DNA of 64,000 nucleotides from Callorhinchus milii (Eukaryota): NCBI RefSeq assembly GCF_018977255.1, contig NW_024704742.1:15378001-15442000 (forward strand), given 5' to 3'. Within the stretch, counting starts at the first letter, position 1, and each line of letters opens with the position of its first letter. The notes beneath the pieces were generated by a model. It was not told where the DNA came from. It did no database searches and saw nothing but the letters and a program-made list of their open reading frames with translations. This document shows, piece after piece, positions 27,320-41,525 of this stretch. The position numbers and the translations under genes were made by a program.

Positions 27320-29099
27320 GGGGAGCAGACCACAGGGACAATACTAATGTCTTTTCATTGTACGGCGATTTTAGATTGAGGAGGTTGCAAAAGTGTGACA
27401 AATTGTGCTAAACGATACCTCGCCCACCAACCCCTTCGACAAAAGCGTTTTATTTCATTAACACGATGGTGAGACCGGGACAGAGTGATGGATTGGGCAG
27501 GGAAGGGGCGACAGAATGAAAGATAAAGGGAGGCAGGAGAGAAAGATAGAGGAAGGGAGGTGAGAGAGAGAGAGAGAAAGCATTTTATTAAAAGAAAGAA
27601 CCAGAGAGCACAAGATCGATTGACCTTTAAGCCAGAACACAGACTGTAAACTTTTTCAATATACAAAGTGGATCGTTATGTTTTATTTGCTGAACGCTTT
27701 GGTCATTTGCTGCCAATTAAAAGCCCATTCCTCCCATTTGTGTATCTATACTTGAAAATATAAAACTTACTGCATTGACTGACCCGCGATTCATTGCAGA
27801 GTTATATACTAAACCCACAGAGCAAGACAACCCGACAGATGCATGAGATTGTTGAATAAATACACTGAAACATGGACATGGGGCAAATGCATATGTGTAT
27901 TGCGCGGTTCGTAACAATTCACGAAGGGTTAAACTTGCAAATAAACCAACCTTGCATTTGATATACAGTAGTGCCTCGTCTAAAGGTTTCAAAGCACTTC
28001 ACGGGATGTTTTTTTTTGCTGTGTGGTGTGGTGACTCCGGATTTGGGAAGCGAACACAATTTGCAGATCTTTCTATCAAATCTGGGATCTTTACAGTGAT
28101 GAATTGGATCAGTCTTTTCGAATAAGTGGAACCAAGTCTTGAGTAAAAAGGGAAACAACAAAAAAGGCAGCTCGTGACCTGCTTTGTACTTGTTCCCCAT
28201 CTAGTGGCCACATACAAGCAATAAAAAAAGACCATCAGAAGTTGCTGTGTGGGGAGCAGTTGGACAGTTTGGGGGGCATTCCGGGAACTGTTATCAGTGG
28301 TGATTTGGAAACTATCACAATAACATTGAAATAGGAAAGAAAAACAAAATCGACGCCAGCACTAGAATATCAATGCAATCTGTTAGGGATTTCAATGTTG
28401 GATCCTCGTCCCATCTGCCGAACCGAATCCCTCAGAGACAGAATTATACGTTTGCACGGTTTGTGGAAACATACAGCAAACGAAAATAACACGAACTGGA
28501 GCTCATTGTGGTGGTAGAGAGAATGAGTGTAGGGTAGCAATGCGGACAGAAAGCAACTTTATTTTATTCATTCGATTCCGTTTTAACGTTGGGAATGAAG
28601 CATAGAATTAAACACATTTTGACTCCATTTTGCTGTTGCTTTTTTATATTTGTAAAGTTTGTAAGGTTTGAAGTCGTCATTGAGTGAACCATCATAAAAA
28701 AGCGTGTTAGGATTGCAGCAAGTCACACCTAAAGAACTGTTTGCAATGCAAACATTAGTTACAAAGAAAAGTAGTTTATTTTAAGTGGGAATTGTTTCGT
28801 GCTGTTCCTGATCCTCATTCACTTATTTATAGACACTTGTCTTTTTCCTTGGCACTTTTTGTCCTTGGGGTTGAGTTCAGAGCAGACAGTACAGTGCAGT
28901 ATACATTGACTGCACTGGCTATCAGAAAAGGTCAACACCACTGTGTGGAGAGATTGTGAACTGCGAGACCACAGATCAAATAATATCATTAGAAAACCAC
29001 TTAGAAGGATACGTTTTTCTGCAATATTGAAGTCAAGTATTTACATTTTCAAAGGAAAACCGACTATATCAGAGAAGCTTTAGAAATGTCGCACGCTGA

Positions 29100-29461
29100 T
29101 GATAATAACAATAATAATCCTTGCATTTGATATATGTCTCAGAGCACTTCACAGAATATCCTGCATTTCAATTCACTCTATATTTTCTGGGCGAAACACA
29201 CCAGCCAATTGCACACAGCAGGGTTCCACAAACAGTAGTAGATTGATAGACCAAATTATGAATTATCATTATTTGAAGGGATTATTACCCCTGTAAAAGC
29301 GATCCGCCGATCGACTAACAACCGGGTTCCTTCTTACTCCTAAGTAAACAGAGGCGTGTCAACCAAGGAAACGTGCCCAACATTTCTCCCTGCCCGGGTA
29401 TCAAACCCAGGTCCTTTTGCTTGCGAGGCAAGTGTTCTAACCACTAAACTACAGGATTCCA
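29100..29461 (-). mobile_element. tRNA-SINE variant with an extra internal module of about 70 bp
   Basis: tRNA head at about 29390-29461, same tail as the young SINE, and insert CCCTGTAAAAGCGATCCG..GTAAACAGAGG shared with the copy at 45150-45405. Confidence 0.75.
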
Positions 29462-31009
29462 CGATCCCATCTTTCCACACATTTTTTTCCCACATTAATC
29501 CCATCAGTGAGAAGAGTACTTTGTACAGTAGTTATTTGAGTTGTATTAAAACAGGTTGTCATGACTCCTTGTCAGAATGGGGTGGCTGACCACACACTCA
29601 AAAACCTAATCTCCTCCTTCCAACTTCTCTGGTCTAGAGCTGGCGCCAAATAACTTTACCCTCATTTGTGCTTTTGTTACCTCTTCACACACATCTCAGC
29701 ATCGTCAACCATCCAAAGCTCCAGCCCTTACAAAATACTGCTGCCTGCAACTTTATCCTAAATCGAGTCTGTTGTGCAATCACAACTTCCCCACCCCCCA
29801 TCACCATCAGTGGTTGAGCCTTAGAATCTGTGTCATTATTTTTGGAACACCCCCCCTCTCACCCTCTATCTTGCCTCCTCCATACCTGTCTTAAATTTAC
29901 CTTATATTGACCTCTTTGACCATGTCTATGGTCACCTCACTGCTTGAGCCTCTCCCTTCATCCTTTCTCAGCATCTGACACCATCTCCTAAGTGCAGAGT
30001 GCTATGGAAATATAAGTTGTTGCTGCATGTTCTTTTGTCAATTGTGCTCTTATTAGTAATGAGAAAACAGAAGAGTTTGTCAGGCTGATTTTAATAAAAA
30101 AAACAAATTAGTAAGGAAGAAAGAATTGTGCTGATTTTTTTTTCCTTCTGAGAAGTTCTTCATCTATTTTTGGCACTTTGTACTATGCTGACCAACCACC
30201 GAGTTAGGGATGTATCTTTTCTAAAGTGAGAATTGCGCAGATTGTAAAGAAAGTTGGAGTTGGAGTGGGAAGTGTTCCAAAATGTATTTCATGAGTTGGA
30301 CTTTGCTTGACACTAATGCATTAGCTTTCTGCTCACCAAATTATTGCATTTAAGCTTTAGGTACAGCAAAAAAATAATCCCTCAAAGGAATGGGCATACA
30401 GTATTGGTATAATCAAGGCACAATTTTATGCTATGTCAGTTTATTTATATAGGACTACTTAAGGAGCTGAGTGCTGAGTAGAATTGGGCCCCATGTACTC
30501 AGGCAAAATGTGATATGATGGCAGGATAATGCGTTCCAGTGTTGTGCATGCCATACAAAGGGATCATAAATACATTGGAAGTGATAGCAACTTTTTTTTA
30601 AACATTCAGGGTTAGTCCAAATTTATGGTTCCACTGAACTGGTAAATTTATGTTTTTCACTTGTGTAACCCCATAGCACAAATATATATTAACTCTGGCA
30701 TTCATAACATCTCAGATTACAAATCCCAAATCATGTCATGAGAAATTGTAATTCAATTGGTCCCTGATCTGATCATAAAAGTGAATTATAAGACTAGTTG
30801 TGAAGAAAGTCTATCTTATAATAGTACATATATGTATGCTATAGGAGACAGATTTCAGTACTGGCCAACAGAAGAAATGCAATCCAGTAAAGAAAGCATT
30901 CAGTGTAACACTATGCACTCTCAGCTATTAATTCTGAAAAGGAAATTATGTGTGCATTTCTACAGCATCCCACTAGCCAAATTAACAAGACTAGCTAACA
31001 GTTATAATC

Positions 31010-31210
31010 ATAATAATAATCCTTGCATTTGATATAGTGCTTTTCATGTCTGGAGGACGTTCCAAAGCGCTTCACAGAACACACTGTAAAGTGAATTGAC
31101 TGTATATTTGTGGGCGAACGCGGCAGCCAAGTGCGCACAGCAATGTCCCACAAACAGTCGTAGATTGAAAATGACCAATTTATTATTGGTTTTGGTTTTG
31201 GAGGGATTAT
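31010..31210 (-). mobile_element. 5'-truncated young SINE
   Basis: Near-identical to 1552-1755. Other truncated copies at about 14063-14240, 14671-14792 and 16943-17120. Confidence 0.85.
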
Positions 31211-34200
31211 AAACATAAAACAAACATAACTGTTTTTTTAACCACAAAGTTAAAACTTGAAGTTCTTCCAGTTATTTATAAATTTTCATTACATTACAAT
31301 AATTAAAAAAAACTCAATTGAATAAAAATAACATAAATGAGAATGTTTCTTTCTCAATTAGATTGCTGGCAATTTTAATGAGTAGAAGCAAATGTGTATA
31401 ATACTGTACTTAGACATACTTGGAGATCTAAGTCAAATGTGTAGTTGTTCAGCTGATTAAAAAAAAAATCTTATACAAATGTAAGAGAACATGAGTTACA
31501 AAAGTGAAAAGTACATTATATTTGACTGATCAATGAAGAATATTGAATACCAAAGGCCATTGTAAATTATATCTAAGAAATTGTCAAGGCAAGATTTTAT
31601 TTCCCTTTAATAATTGCTCTATAAAGTGAGAATATGAATAGTTTTTTTTGTGAAGAATCCTTCAGAGGACAGCTAGTGAAGTAAATTATTCGCATATGGT
31701 ACAGTGGCTAGACTTCATCTGGAGTATTCAACCTACTGTCTGGGTTCCTTATAGAGCAGCAAAAATAAATGAACTTGACAGGCTACACAGAATAGCAGCA
31801 AGGTTTATTTAGAAGGATTATCAGAGATAAAGTTGTGTTACTGAAATTAAGCAGAAACTTGATCAAGAACCAGAATTGAAATGTAGAGAATTACTGTAGA
31901 CGGACTTGACCTCATTTATAAATTATGTTGAAATGTGTAGGGATTTACCATTCAAGCACAGGCATCATTATAATAATAATAATAATATAAGTACCAGTTG
32001 ACATTGTAAGTATAACATTCAACTTAAAACTTAAACCAACATATATGTTGTTGAATCATTGTAAAAGTCCCAACTTGTCTGTCTTATGCTAATCCCAGCC
32101 AGGCTAGTTGGCTTTTTGCATACATAATATAACTGTAACACTTTATAACTGTTTATACTGTATTGTAAAATGTATATAGCCCCATAAACACTGAAAGTGA
32201 AAAGAAATACAAACTGCTGTTCGCAAAAGAATTTCAGGATTTTTTCGAACAAAATCTTCAGCTTGTTATGAAATAATCATGTTTGTCCCTTAATAACTTT
32301 CATTTTATTAAATAAAATGTAATGAAGGTATTTTTTTCTGGACTTCAAAATCAAGTTAACTGTTGTAAATTTGATGCATATTTATTTGCAGATTGAGAGG
32401 AAAGGGGTAAGACTGCATCCTAATGTTTGGGGAATCTTAACTGAAGTGTTTCTCACAAGACAGTGATAGTCCACAGTGAGATCTGTGTAGTTGTCATGCT
32501 AAACCAATGGCTATAATAGCTTCTGGATAGTATAATGATTTTGTTACTGATCATGATTTTTGAGAGACCTTATTGCTCTTAATATTTCACTTGACTTTAT
32601 GTAAGGGAGATATTGTAATGGCAAGTATCACTATAAATGACAAGGCTAGATTTAACCTGATGTGTCCCAGGCACAAATGTATTTCACAAAGTATCAGAAG
32701 CGATATTGCAATATTGTAAGGCAGGTTAGTTGGTGCTCAGTTGAAGATATAAACTTGATGGTGCTGGAAAATATACATTTCCCACAGAGAGGTGATATTC
32801 TCAAACAGGCTCCTGTCTGCATACTTATCATGGAAGAAGAAGTTTCTGTTACCAATTTACCTGAGTGAAAAAATGTTGTCTCCCTCAGACATACTAAAAA
32901 AGCGCCTGAGGTAAATGTACAAACATTTACAAATTGCTTAGGCAAAAGATCTAGTGGATGTTTGATAAAGGCATAAATTACTAGGTGCAGTTTTAGTAAT
33001 TTCATAGATCATGAAAAAAAAGTTCTTATACCTGTAGTCAACTCTTAGCCCCATTGACTGTTTAAGGGATCAATGGTTCATGCACCTCTGAGGTGAGTTT
33101 CTGATTATCCTGCGGTGTCTGCAAAAGAGTTGTTGTCACCAGAATTTCCTTTCCTGCCCAAGGTTCTGGAAGCCTATCACCCCCATCCTTCCTGACTCCA
33201 CTAACTCCCTATCCCCCAGTGGATCCAGTTCAAGATCTGTGTCATAACCTTTAAATCTCTCGATTGTCTTGCCCCACCCTACCTCTGCGACCTTCTCAAA
33301 CTGTACAAACCCAGCTATTCCCTCCATTCAGCAGGCATGAGCTTGCTTCATGTCCTCTGCCCCACCAGCCCCACCATCGGTTTGTCCCAGTGTTCTGGCC
33401 AGCAATCCCCCAAAATAAAATGACTGTTTGTGGGACATTGCTGTGCACAAATTGGCTGTCGCGTTTGACCATAAAAAACACGGTCACATCACTGTACAGT
33501 ATATCCTGTAAGCACTTTGAAACATTTTTAATGGTGTGATAATGCTCTGTATTAAATACAAAAATTATTATGCATGAAAATTATAAGCGATAAGAAGTAA
33601 AAAACATTGCCACAAATAACTGTCTTTAACTGCCATTTATAGAGATGAAAAATATAGTTGAAATTTAATCTATCTAATTTGCTCTGAAAAATTAGTTTTG
33701 AATTCAGAAAAGTTGTTTTCATGAGTCATTCAACATATACCCATAAAATGTATGTTTGGCTACAAAAATGCTGTTACTCCACTTTATAGTGAATCCTGTC
33801 AATCATTCTGAGACTTGAAAGGTGCTCTATCAAATGCAAAGATTTTTAAAATTATTATGATATATTATGATATATGGGATATATGACTTGGCTACAAAAG
33901 ATTGAAGATCTTCAGGATTCCATACATTAGATAGTTTTGGATATTAGAAGACTGATAATGACACATTCATTGGTGAGTGAAAGCTTCAACAAAGTAATGC
34001 AATTGAGTCAGATAGATATGATAACTACTGATTTTGAGAATCTTTGAATTTGCCTGAGTGTATTTGTGTGTTGGGAGCTGAGTGTGAAAAAGCAAATTAG
34101 GATGCTCCCATAACAACTGAACTGCAGCAGTGGTTACAGAGGAAGACTGCAATATACAGTGTGCTATTTCCCAACCATTGACATTTTGTGAACATCTGCG

Positions 34201-35212
34201 GCAGTCTGACACTATGTGTTTAAGGGCACATGCTCTCTTTCATCTCTGCGCTGTGGGTGATGGCATTCATGCAATATGTGCATAGGTAAACCACTGAAAA
34301 GATGTTAAGACAACTCCCTTTCAACTGCTCAGTTCATCTCCAATTCCCAGAGATTATAAAATAAAGCAAGAAACTATTAACATTTGTTTTGTCTTCTTTT
34401 TCATTCTGGGGCAGGTTTAAAACAGCCCTGGAAAAACTACATAATCATTCGGTTCTGTTTCAGTGCAGCATGCCTACAAAATACACAGTCACTTTACATT
34501 ATTGTAAATCCTGTTGAAAGCTTTGAGACATCCCACCCAACATGAAAGGAACAATATCAAATGAATTGATTCCTGTAAATTTGTTTAATTGGTTCTTCGT
34601 ATCTTTGAAAAGTATTGGATCATCAAGCTTCAGGTCACCCAGGATAAAAGTACAAATTGTCACTGCAAACTCCTTTGACTGTCAATCTGCTTGTTTTGAT
34701 TAACTACTGTATATCAAAGGGAAACACTAAAATGTTTTTCTAAGACAGGAGGATTGGAATGAAATGTGTGTTCTTTTATCCATCATGAAAAAAAATCATC
34801 AGTGTTACTGCCTGCAAATATCAGAAAATCCATGGGTAATTATAGTGCATCCTTTTTGCACAACTTATGCAATGTGTAATTCAAATTATACATGACAAAT
34901 TTTCTACAAAATGCTCAAATTCTGTGTAGGTTATTTTAAATTCTTCTTTGAACCTTTCAGGGTCTTTCGTTTTGATATGTGGTATTCAATGTTGATTGTT
35001 TTTCTGGAGTATACCTCTCACTAATAAATAAGTGTATAAGTGGAAAACTTTGCTCTGTGAATGTGGCATCTAAATTCATCACAAGATTGTTTGAGATGAA
35101 GTAGACCTTCGACCCATTGATCTCATGCTTCCACAATACTATTCTCCCATCACAGCATTAAGCTGTTTTTTTGAATAAGTCCAGCATCCTACTCTCAACC
35201 ATCTTCCTGTTT

Positions 35213-35520
35213 ACACCAACAATTTGCTCTTATACAGTGCCGTCACGGATGTAGCATCTGAGTGCTTAACAGTGCGGAGCCTGGCTCTGAGCCGGGGAGG
35301 GGGGAGGTGACCATAAGCACTGTCGAAAAGGATAAGGATGGTTTTAAGGCGGGACTTGAAAAAGGGGAGAGCAGGGGCAAGACGGAGATACCGAGGGAGA
35401 GTGTTCCAAAGTTTCGATGCATAGTGGCTGAAAGAGCGACCTCCAATGGTGGAGCGAAGAGCGTGAGGGACAAGCAGGAGACCGGTGCCAGTCGTGCGGA
35501 GGCGCCAGGTGGTGATCACG
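35213..35520 (-). mobile_element. L2 LINE 3' fragment
   Basis: STIGGRSFSHYASKLWNTLPRYLRLAP..FKSRLKT. Further L2 3' fragments at about 37762-38060 (+), 39555-39775 (-), 56338-56680 (+) and 62540-62790 (-). Confidence 0.8.
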
Positions 35521-36739
35521 AGTTTTTCGGGTCTTGAAGTCGATCCGTTCAGCATGACTCTTCCAGTCATTAATTACCCACCACCTGGGCAAATAAATAC
35601 TTTCTGGTGTCTGTCTTAATGTTTCCCTTTGCTACTCCAAATGTTTGTTGTCCTGTCCTACTGTCTTGAGCTATGTAAAGTCTTGGATGACACTCCAATG
35701 CAGTGCTGGGGGAGTTTTATGTTATCACAGGTGCCATTGTTTGTATGAGACATTAACCCAACATCTTGTCTGTCTGTTCTGCTGGCTGTGACACTATTAA
35801 TAACAGAAAGGGATTTCTCCTGGTATCCTGGACAGATATAATTGGCTATTCAATTTATAGAAAACCAGCTTCGAAATTAAGACTGCATTTGAGAATTTGC
35901 CAAATTCTGAAAGCTCTGAAATGCAAAAAAAAAGCTAAACTAGACCCAGGTGGAATTTCTCCCCACACAGTCGTTAAGTTTATAGCAATTCCCTGTGATG
36001 GGCTTTGACACGTTTAAACTTTATTGGCGTTGTATCAAATGCGAGTATTATTGTTGTACTATAATTATGTGTGCAACAGATGTACTGTGTGTGCCAAGAT
36101 TACCAGGGTGTACCATAAGTCCATTTCACAATCTTTGTGTTGATTGTACAAGTCACACAATAAATATACTTGGAGCACCACTGGAGCAAGGAAGGCTCCT
36201 TTCTGATGCAGTGTTGTTGTCCCTCAGTGAGATTAGAGTACAACATTCCTCCATGGATTATAATAAAGAAAATCTTTCAGAAGAAAAATGTTGCCTCTTT
36301 GTGACAGAAGTGAAATGTGTCTGACTAGAGTGTTTCAGTTGCGCTATGTCGTTTAGTCAGGGAGTTAAACATTATTGTGGAGGGTGTTGACACTAACAAA
36401 GAGGACGAAAAAGGTACAGTGGAGGACAACCACTGACAAACACAAGGCATAGCGAGGACAAGCGGATGTAGATATGAAAAAAACAGAAAACATTCATGAT
36501 CCACTGCTTCTGGCTTCTGAAGAAGTCACATATTCAGTTCTTGTTGATATGAGATTGTTTTATATTCCAATATTCAGTGACTTTGTGCTGGAATATACAC
36601 GTCAGCCATTAGAAAAGGACACACCTAATCGCCTCCCACTCAGGTTAATGCAAAACATCACATTCCTCCATTAATGAAGTTTATTCATGCAATGCAATAT
36701 GTTCAATATATGTTTAAATATGTTTTATTGAATGACGTT

Positions 36740-37160
36740 TTTGGTCTAATCTGGATCTAATTTGCATATTTCTTAATAAGAAATGTGCAATTACCACATT
36801 TCTAAAACACTATTAAATAGAAATGAGAAATTCTACTTGGGTCTAGATTTACTCTAATTTTCACATTTCACATTTTCACAAGTTATCAAATTATTAAATA
36901 CAGCCTTCAATTTTGAAGCCATTTTTCTGTCATATCTTTTAAGAATTACAGAAAATGAGCTTCAAAATTAAAAATGAATTTAACAATTTATCAAATTCTG
37001 CCTACTCTGAAATGTTATGTTAATAGAGTAAATCTAGAGACAGGTGGATTTTTACACCATTAAATGTTAAAGAATGTAGAGCACATTTAATATTTTAAAA
37101 ACTCAATAAGTACACTCAGATAACCTCTGTTAAGAAATATCACAAATTAGACTTTATTAC
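36740..37160. mobile_element. AT-rich palindromic MITE-like element
   Basis: Nested inverted matches centred near 36940: TCTAGATTTACTCTA/TAGAGTAAATCTAGA, AATTTTGAAGC/GCTTCAAAATT, TCTAATTTGCATATTTCTTAA/TTAAGAAATATCACAAATTAGA. Confidence 0.65.
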
Positions 37161-38624
37161 ATTCACAATGAAGATTTAGAACACATATTTTCAGATAGCT
37201 GCAATAGAATAAAAAATGTTCAATGCAGAGATCATTTTCCTGTTGGAATTATTCAGTATATTTATGGTTCTAAATCTATAATTTTGTCCTTACATAATCA
37301 CAATTATTTAGATTTCAGACACCCAAGTTTTTGGATTTGAAGTGGTATAATTATATTTCTCAAAGGAATTGTCTTGCACGTTGTGGTCAAAGGATGCAGA
37401 TTTTCTATAATTTTTAAAATAACTCTTTTATCAAATTTTCATTGATTTCCAATACCAATTGCCTCCTCTCCATAGGATCCAGCACTGGTTTGGATTTGAA
37501 GATCTATTTATGACTTTGCCACTCAAGGAGCGAGGAGTAGGTGGGAGGGGATAAATGGGATTTGAGACTAAGCCTGCTTCAAGGTAACTTGCCTGGCAAT
37601 GAAAGATCAGTTTCAAGTCAATCCTCCTTAGTAGGTTTAATAGCCCAGTTCTTTATCCAGGCAGATGTGCAGGACTCTAAGATACTGTTGCTGACAGACT
37701 AGTCAGACTAGCTTATCAGTGATATTTGAAGGATTAGAGCAGTCATTGGAATTCTTCCTGTTAACCTGTCCGCTCCCTCCGCTCAGCAGGCTCCGGCCTG
37801 CTCCATGTCCCCCACCTTCATGTCCCTCATTGACGGTCAGGCCTTCAGCCTCTCTATTCCCACTCTTTGAAACTCCATCCCACAGTCCTTCTGCCTCGCT
37901 CCCTTCCTCGCCTCCTTCAAGGCACTTCTTAAGACCCTCCTCCTACCCTCCCTGCCCTCCACCCCCCCAATCCCAACCACCTGCTCGGGTCCAAATCCAT
38001 GACTGTCCAACACCTTGGGATGTCCTCCTAATGTGAAAGGCGCTATACAAATTGTTGTTAACCATGTAAGCCTTTCAAACATAGATTAGATAGTTTTCTT
38101 TTAGGAAATAACATTATGGGATATAGTACATAGGTAGTTTGAGACATATGTGCATGTGACCCCCATGAAAGTGGAAGGTGAACTAGACAGACCTTGGTCT
38201 TTTTTCGTCTAACATTTCTTATGTTCTTAAGCCAAGCGAAAGCTGAAATAGGTAGGGTAGTCCATCTGGAAAAGTAGCAGGACTAGACAATTTACTTGTT
38301 GCTACCACACCACTGCACTTTAGTTTCTATTAAGACTGGTTGGTTATACAAAAGCGTTTGGAACACATTAACTAAATAAAACAACTGCACATTCTTAATG
38401 CGAACAAACTGTTTTTCAATATGCACATTGATCATGATACAGAACAAAAAACACAATATTTTCCATTATAAAATACCATCTCTATAAGATAATCGTTTGA
38501 AGCCATACAAAATGTGCATTATTATTATTGTATGCCAGATGCAGTTCTATCAGACCAGTTGCACAGAGTGAACATGATCTGCAAGCAGCAGTAAATATTC
38601 ACATTGGTTAATATTCCAAAAGTT

Positions 38625-38656
38625 CTATTTCTGATCTCTTTTTAGTGACGACGTAC
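38625..38656 (-). CDS. TNIP3: TNIP3 terminal coding exon
   Basis: Acceptor ttttatttcag|GT, phase 1; encodes (G)TSSLKRDQK*, similar to the short C-terminal end of mammalian TNIP3 as I recall it. TAG at 38625-38627. Confidence 0.75.
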
Positions 38657-39029
38657 CTGAAATAAAATTTTGAAAAGTTTAGAATACAGCTATCAAATTC
38701 ACTTCATTGTATCTTGACATCCTGATAGTCACAAACTCCACCACTTCTCTATGTGAGGGAGCTTATATCAATGCAAGTTGTGGTTGTCAATTATATATCT
38801 TTAAAAAAAATGCAGACCTTAACGTTTTGAGTTAAAAGGATAAATTAGCTTACTCAGTATTCAATAAACAACCCTTCCATTTGACCGAGACTGCAAAGGT
38901 ACTTTATTAAATATTTTAAATACTTTATTCTGAGGCACACAACTGCAATATAGTGAATGCTGTTGTGGCAAAATCACAAAAGTTAGTTAAAATCTCAAAC
39001 AAGCACACAAGCTCGGTGAATTTTTTTAC

Positions 39030-39108
39030 CTTTTGACCTGCAGTTTTGACAATTTTGCTGAACACATGAAATCTGGTTGGTACATGGAAGATGCCACTGG
39101 TAGTCTGC
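39030..39108 (-). CDS. TNIP3: TNIP3 coding exon
   Basis: ADYQWHLPCTNQISCVQQNCQNCRSK(G); the DYQW motif matches the TNIP PDYQW/PEYPW segment. Acceptor ttgcag, donor AG|GTAAAA, 79 bp. Confidence 0.8.
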
Positions 39109-40396
39109 CTGCAAGTTGCAGAAAAAAATGACAAACACATTAAAAACAAACAAGACTAAAATAAAACAAATAGACATTTGACGAAAATGCAATGTCACAT
39201 AATTGGTTCGGATGAAGAAGATCTGATCTCACCCCTGCAAAATATCAATTCTCCCATCCTCAAACTACAACATCAAGCTGCTTTTTAAATGAGTCCAGTG
39301 TCCTGGCCTCAACCACCCTTCCTGGCAACCTGCTCTAATTGCTAGGCAGCTTCGTACTGTAGAAATTCTCATGGTTCCTGTAGAAATTTTAAAAGTTGCA
39401 ACTCAGAATAAAGCAATAGATTTCTTAATTGATTCTTGAGATTTTTAAATATTTAAATACAGAGTCTGTCCAGTTACCTCAAAAGTAATCCTGATATTGT
39501 ACAACTGATGTTAATTCAAAATCTGCTCATATGAAGTATTAACAAGAAGACGAAGAACAACAAATTGTATTTATATCTCACTTTTCAAGTTCGGAGGATG
39601 CCCCAAGGCAATGGACAGTTGAGAGTGTACACCTAAGCTGGGGTTGGATTCGGGAGGGATGGGGGCCAAGGGGGTGGTGGGTGGAAACATGACCGAATGC
39701 GCGCTGAAAGATTAAGGTCTTGAGACAGTCCTTGAAGGAGGCGAGGGACGGGGTGAGACAAAGGAACTCCGGAAATACTAGAATTGACAAGCAAGATATG
39801 GTAAAAGAGAAGTAGGGATCACAGCCCTACTTAAAAAAAGGATTACTTCAGGACAAAATTTTATGCTAGCCTGATGCTTGAGTGTTCATCTGATGAACAT
39901 GTTCATCTACCACACATTTTTCTACAGTTAAGAGCTAAATCCACTCTGCTTAGCATTACAAACACTGGAAAGCTTCATATTCCTCTCTAGCTACCACCAG
40001 CATTAGGGCTTTGGCTTGCAGCATTAAGAGGCACCAAATAAGAGGAAACCTAGCTCCCAGTCAGGAAGAACTCCATTCTTCAAGTGGGAAGAATCCCAGC
40101 ACAGTCAGTGACTGGCCTGCTACTCCAATTCCTGCTAATGAGTCGGCTTGGTTGGCCTGTCATTAACAGTGCCCTGGAGAACTGCAGATCTGCCATGTTC
40201 AGGTATAGGACTACTGAGACTGACACAGAGGATCAATAACAACAACTTTCATTTATATAGGGATTGAGGGAGAGTGTTCCAGAGTTTTGGTGTAGTGGCT
40301 AACAGCGCAGCCATCGATGGTGGAACAGAGGGCCCGAGGGACAAGCAGGAGGCTGGAACCAGTCGAGTGGAGGTAACAGCTGGTGGGTTGGGAAGT

Positions 40397-41525
40397 AACA
40401 ACAACAACAACAAGATTCCATTTATAAAGCGCCTTTCACGTCAGGAGGACGTCCCAAGGCGCTGCACAGTTGGGTCATGACCCGAGCAGGGGGGAAATGG
40501 TCAGGGTGAGGGGAGGGAGGGAGCGAGGAGGGGGGAAATGGTCAGGGTGAGGGGAGGGAAGGGAGGGAGCGAGGAGGGGGAGGAGAGTCGAGAGGGGAGC
40601 TGAAGGCACGGTCAAAGAGAAAGGTTTTGAGACCGGCCTTGAAGGAGGAAAGGGAGGAGGCGGCGAAGGCACTGGGGGATAGAGTTCCAGAGCCTGGGGG
40701 CTGAGAGGCTGAAGGCCCGACCACCGATGGTAGGGCGGTTGGGGCGGGGGACGTGGAGCAGACCGGAGCCAGAGGAACGGAGGGTACGGGCAGGTAGGTA
40801 GGGGGATAGTAGGTTGGAGAGGTAGGAGGGAGCAAGGCCGTGAATGGCCTTGTAGGTGAGGATCAGGATCTTGAAATCGATCCTCTGGGGATGGGGAGCC
40901 AGTGGAGGCGAGCGAGGGTGGGAGTGATGTGGTCCCGAAGCCTGGTGCGGGACAGTACACGAGCTGCAGAGTTCTGAATGACCTGCAGCTTGTGGAGGGA
41001 GGTGGCGGGAAGGCCGGCGAGGAGAGAGTTCCCGTAGTCCAGCCTTGAGGTGACAAAGGCGTGAACCAGGGTTTCAGCAGCGTGAGGGGTGAGGTAATGC
41101 CGTAGTCTGGCGATGTTCCGGAGGTGATGGAAGGCGGTGCCAGTTGTGGTGCGGATGTGAGGGAGAAAGGACAGCTCAGGGTCGAACAAAACGCCGAGGT
41201 TCCTGACTGGCTTTGCGAGGTGGAGAGTGCAGCCTTGGATGCTGATGGTGTCAGCGCCTGAGGTGCGGAGGCGCTGACGTGAGCCAATCAGGAGGGCCTC
41301 GGTTTTTCGCGCGTTGAGCTGAAGAAAGTTGTCTCTCGTCCAGGACTCGATGTCGGACAGGCAGGCTGTCAGGACATCGGTGGTCGTGGAGTTGAGAGTA
41401 GAGGAGGAAAGGTAGAGTTGGGTGTCATCCGCATACATGTGGAAGTTAACTCCATGTCTGCGGATGATGTCACCAAGGGGGAGCATATAGAGGGTGAAGA
41501 GGAGGGGACCAAGGACAGAGCCCTG
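40397..41525 (-). mobile_element. 5'-truncated L2 LINE (RT C-terminal half plus 3' UTR), frameshifted
   Basis: QGSVLGP motif at the 5' edge, YADDTQLY (YADD at 41424-41435), [25 protein letters not shown]. Frameshifts near 40888 and 40660; (TTG)n tail. CpG-rich, so relatively young. Confidence 0.93.

Noticed and set aside
40397..41525. Active or domesticated reverse transcriptase gene
   Set aside because: 5'-truncated within the RT domain, no endonuclease region, two frameshifts.
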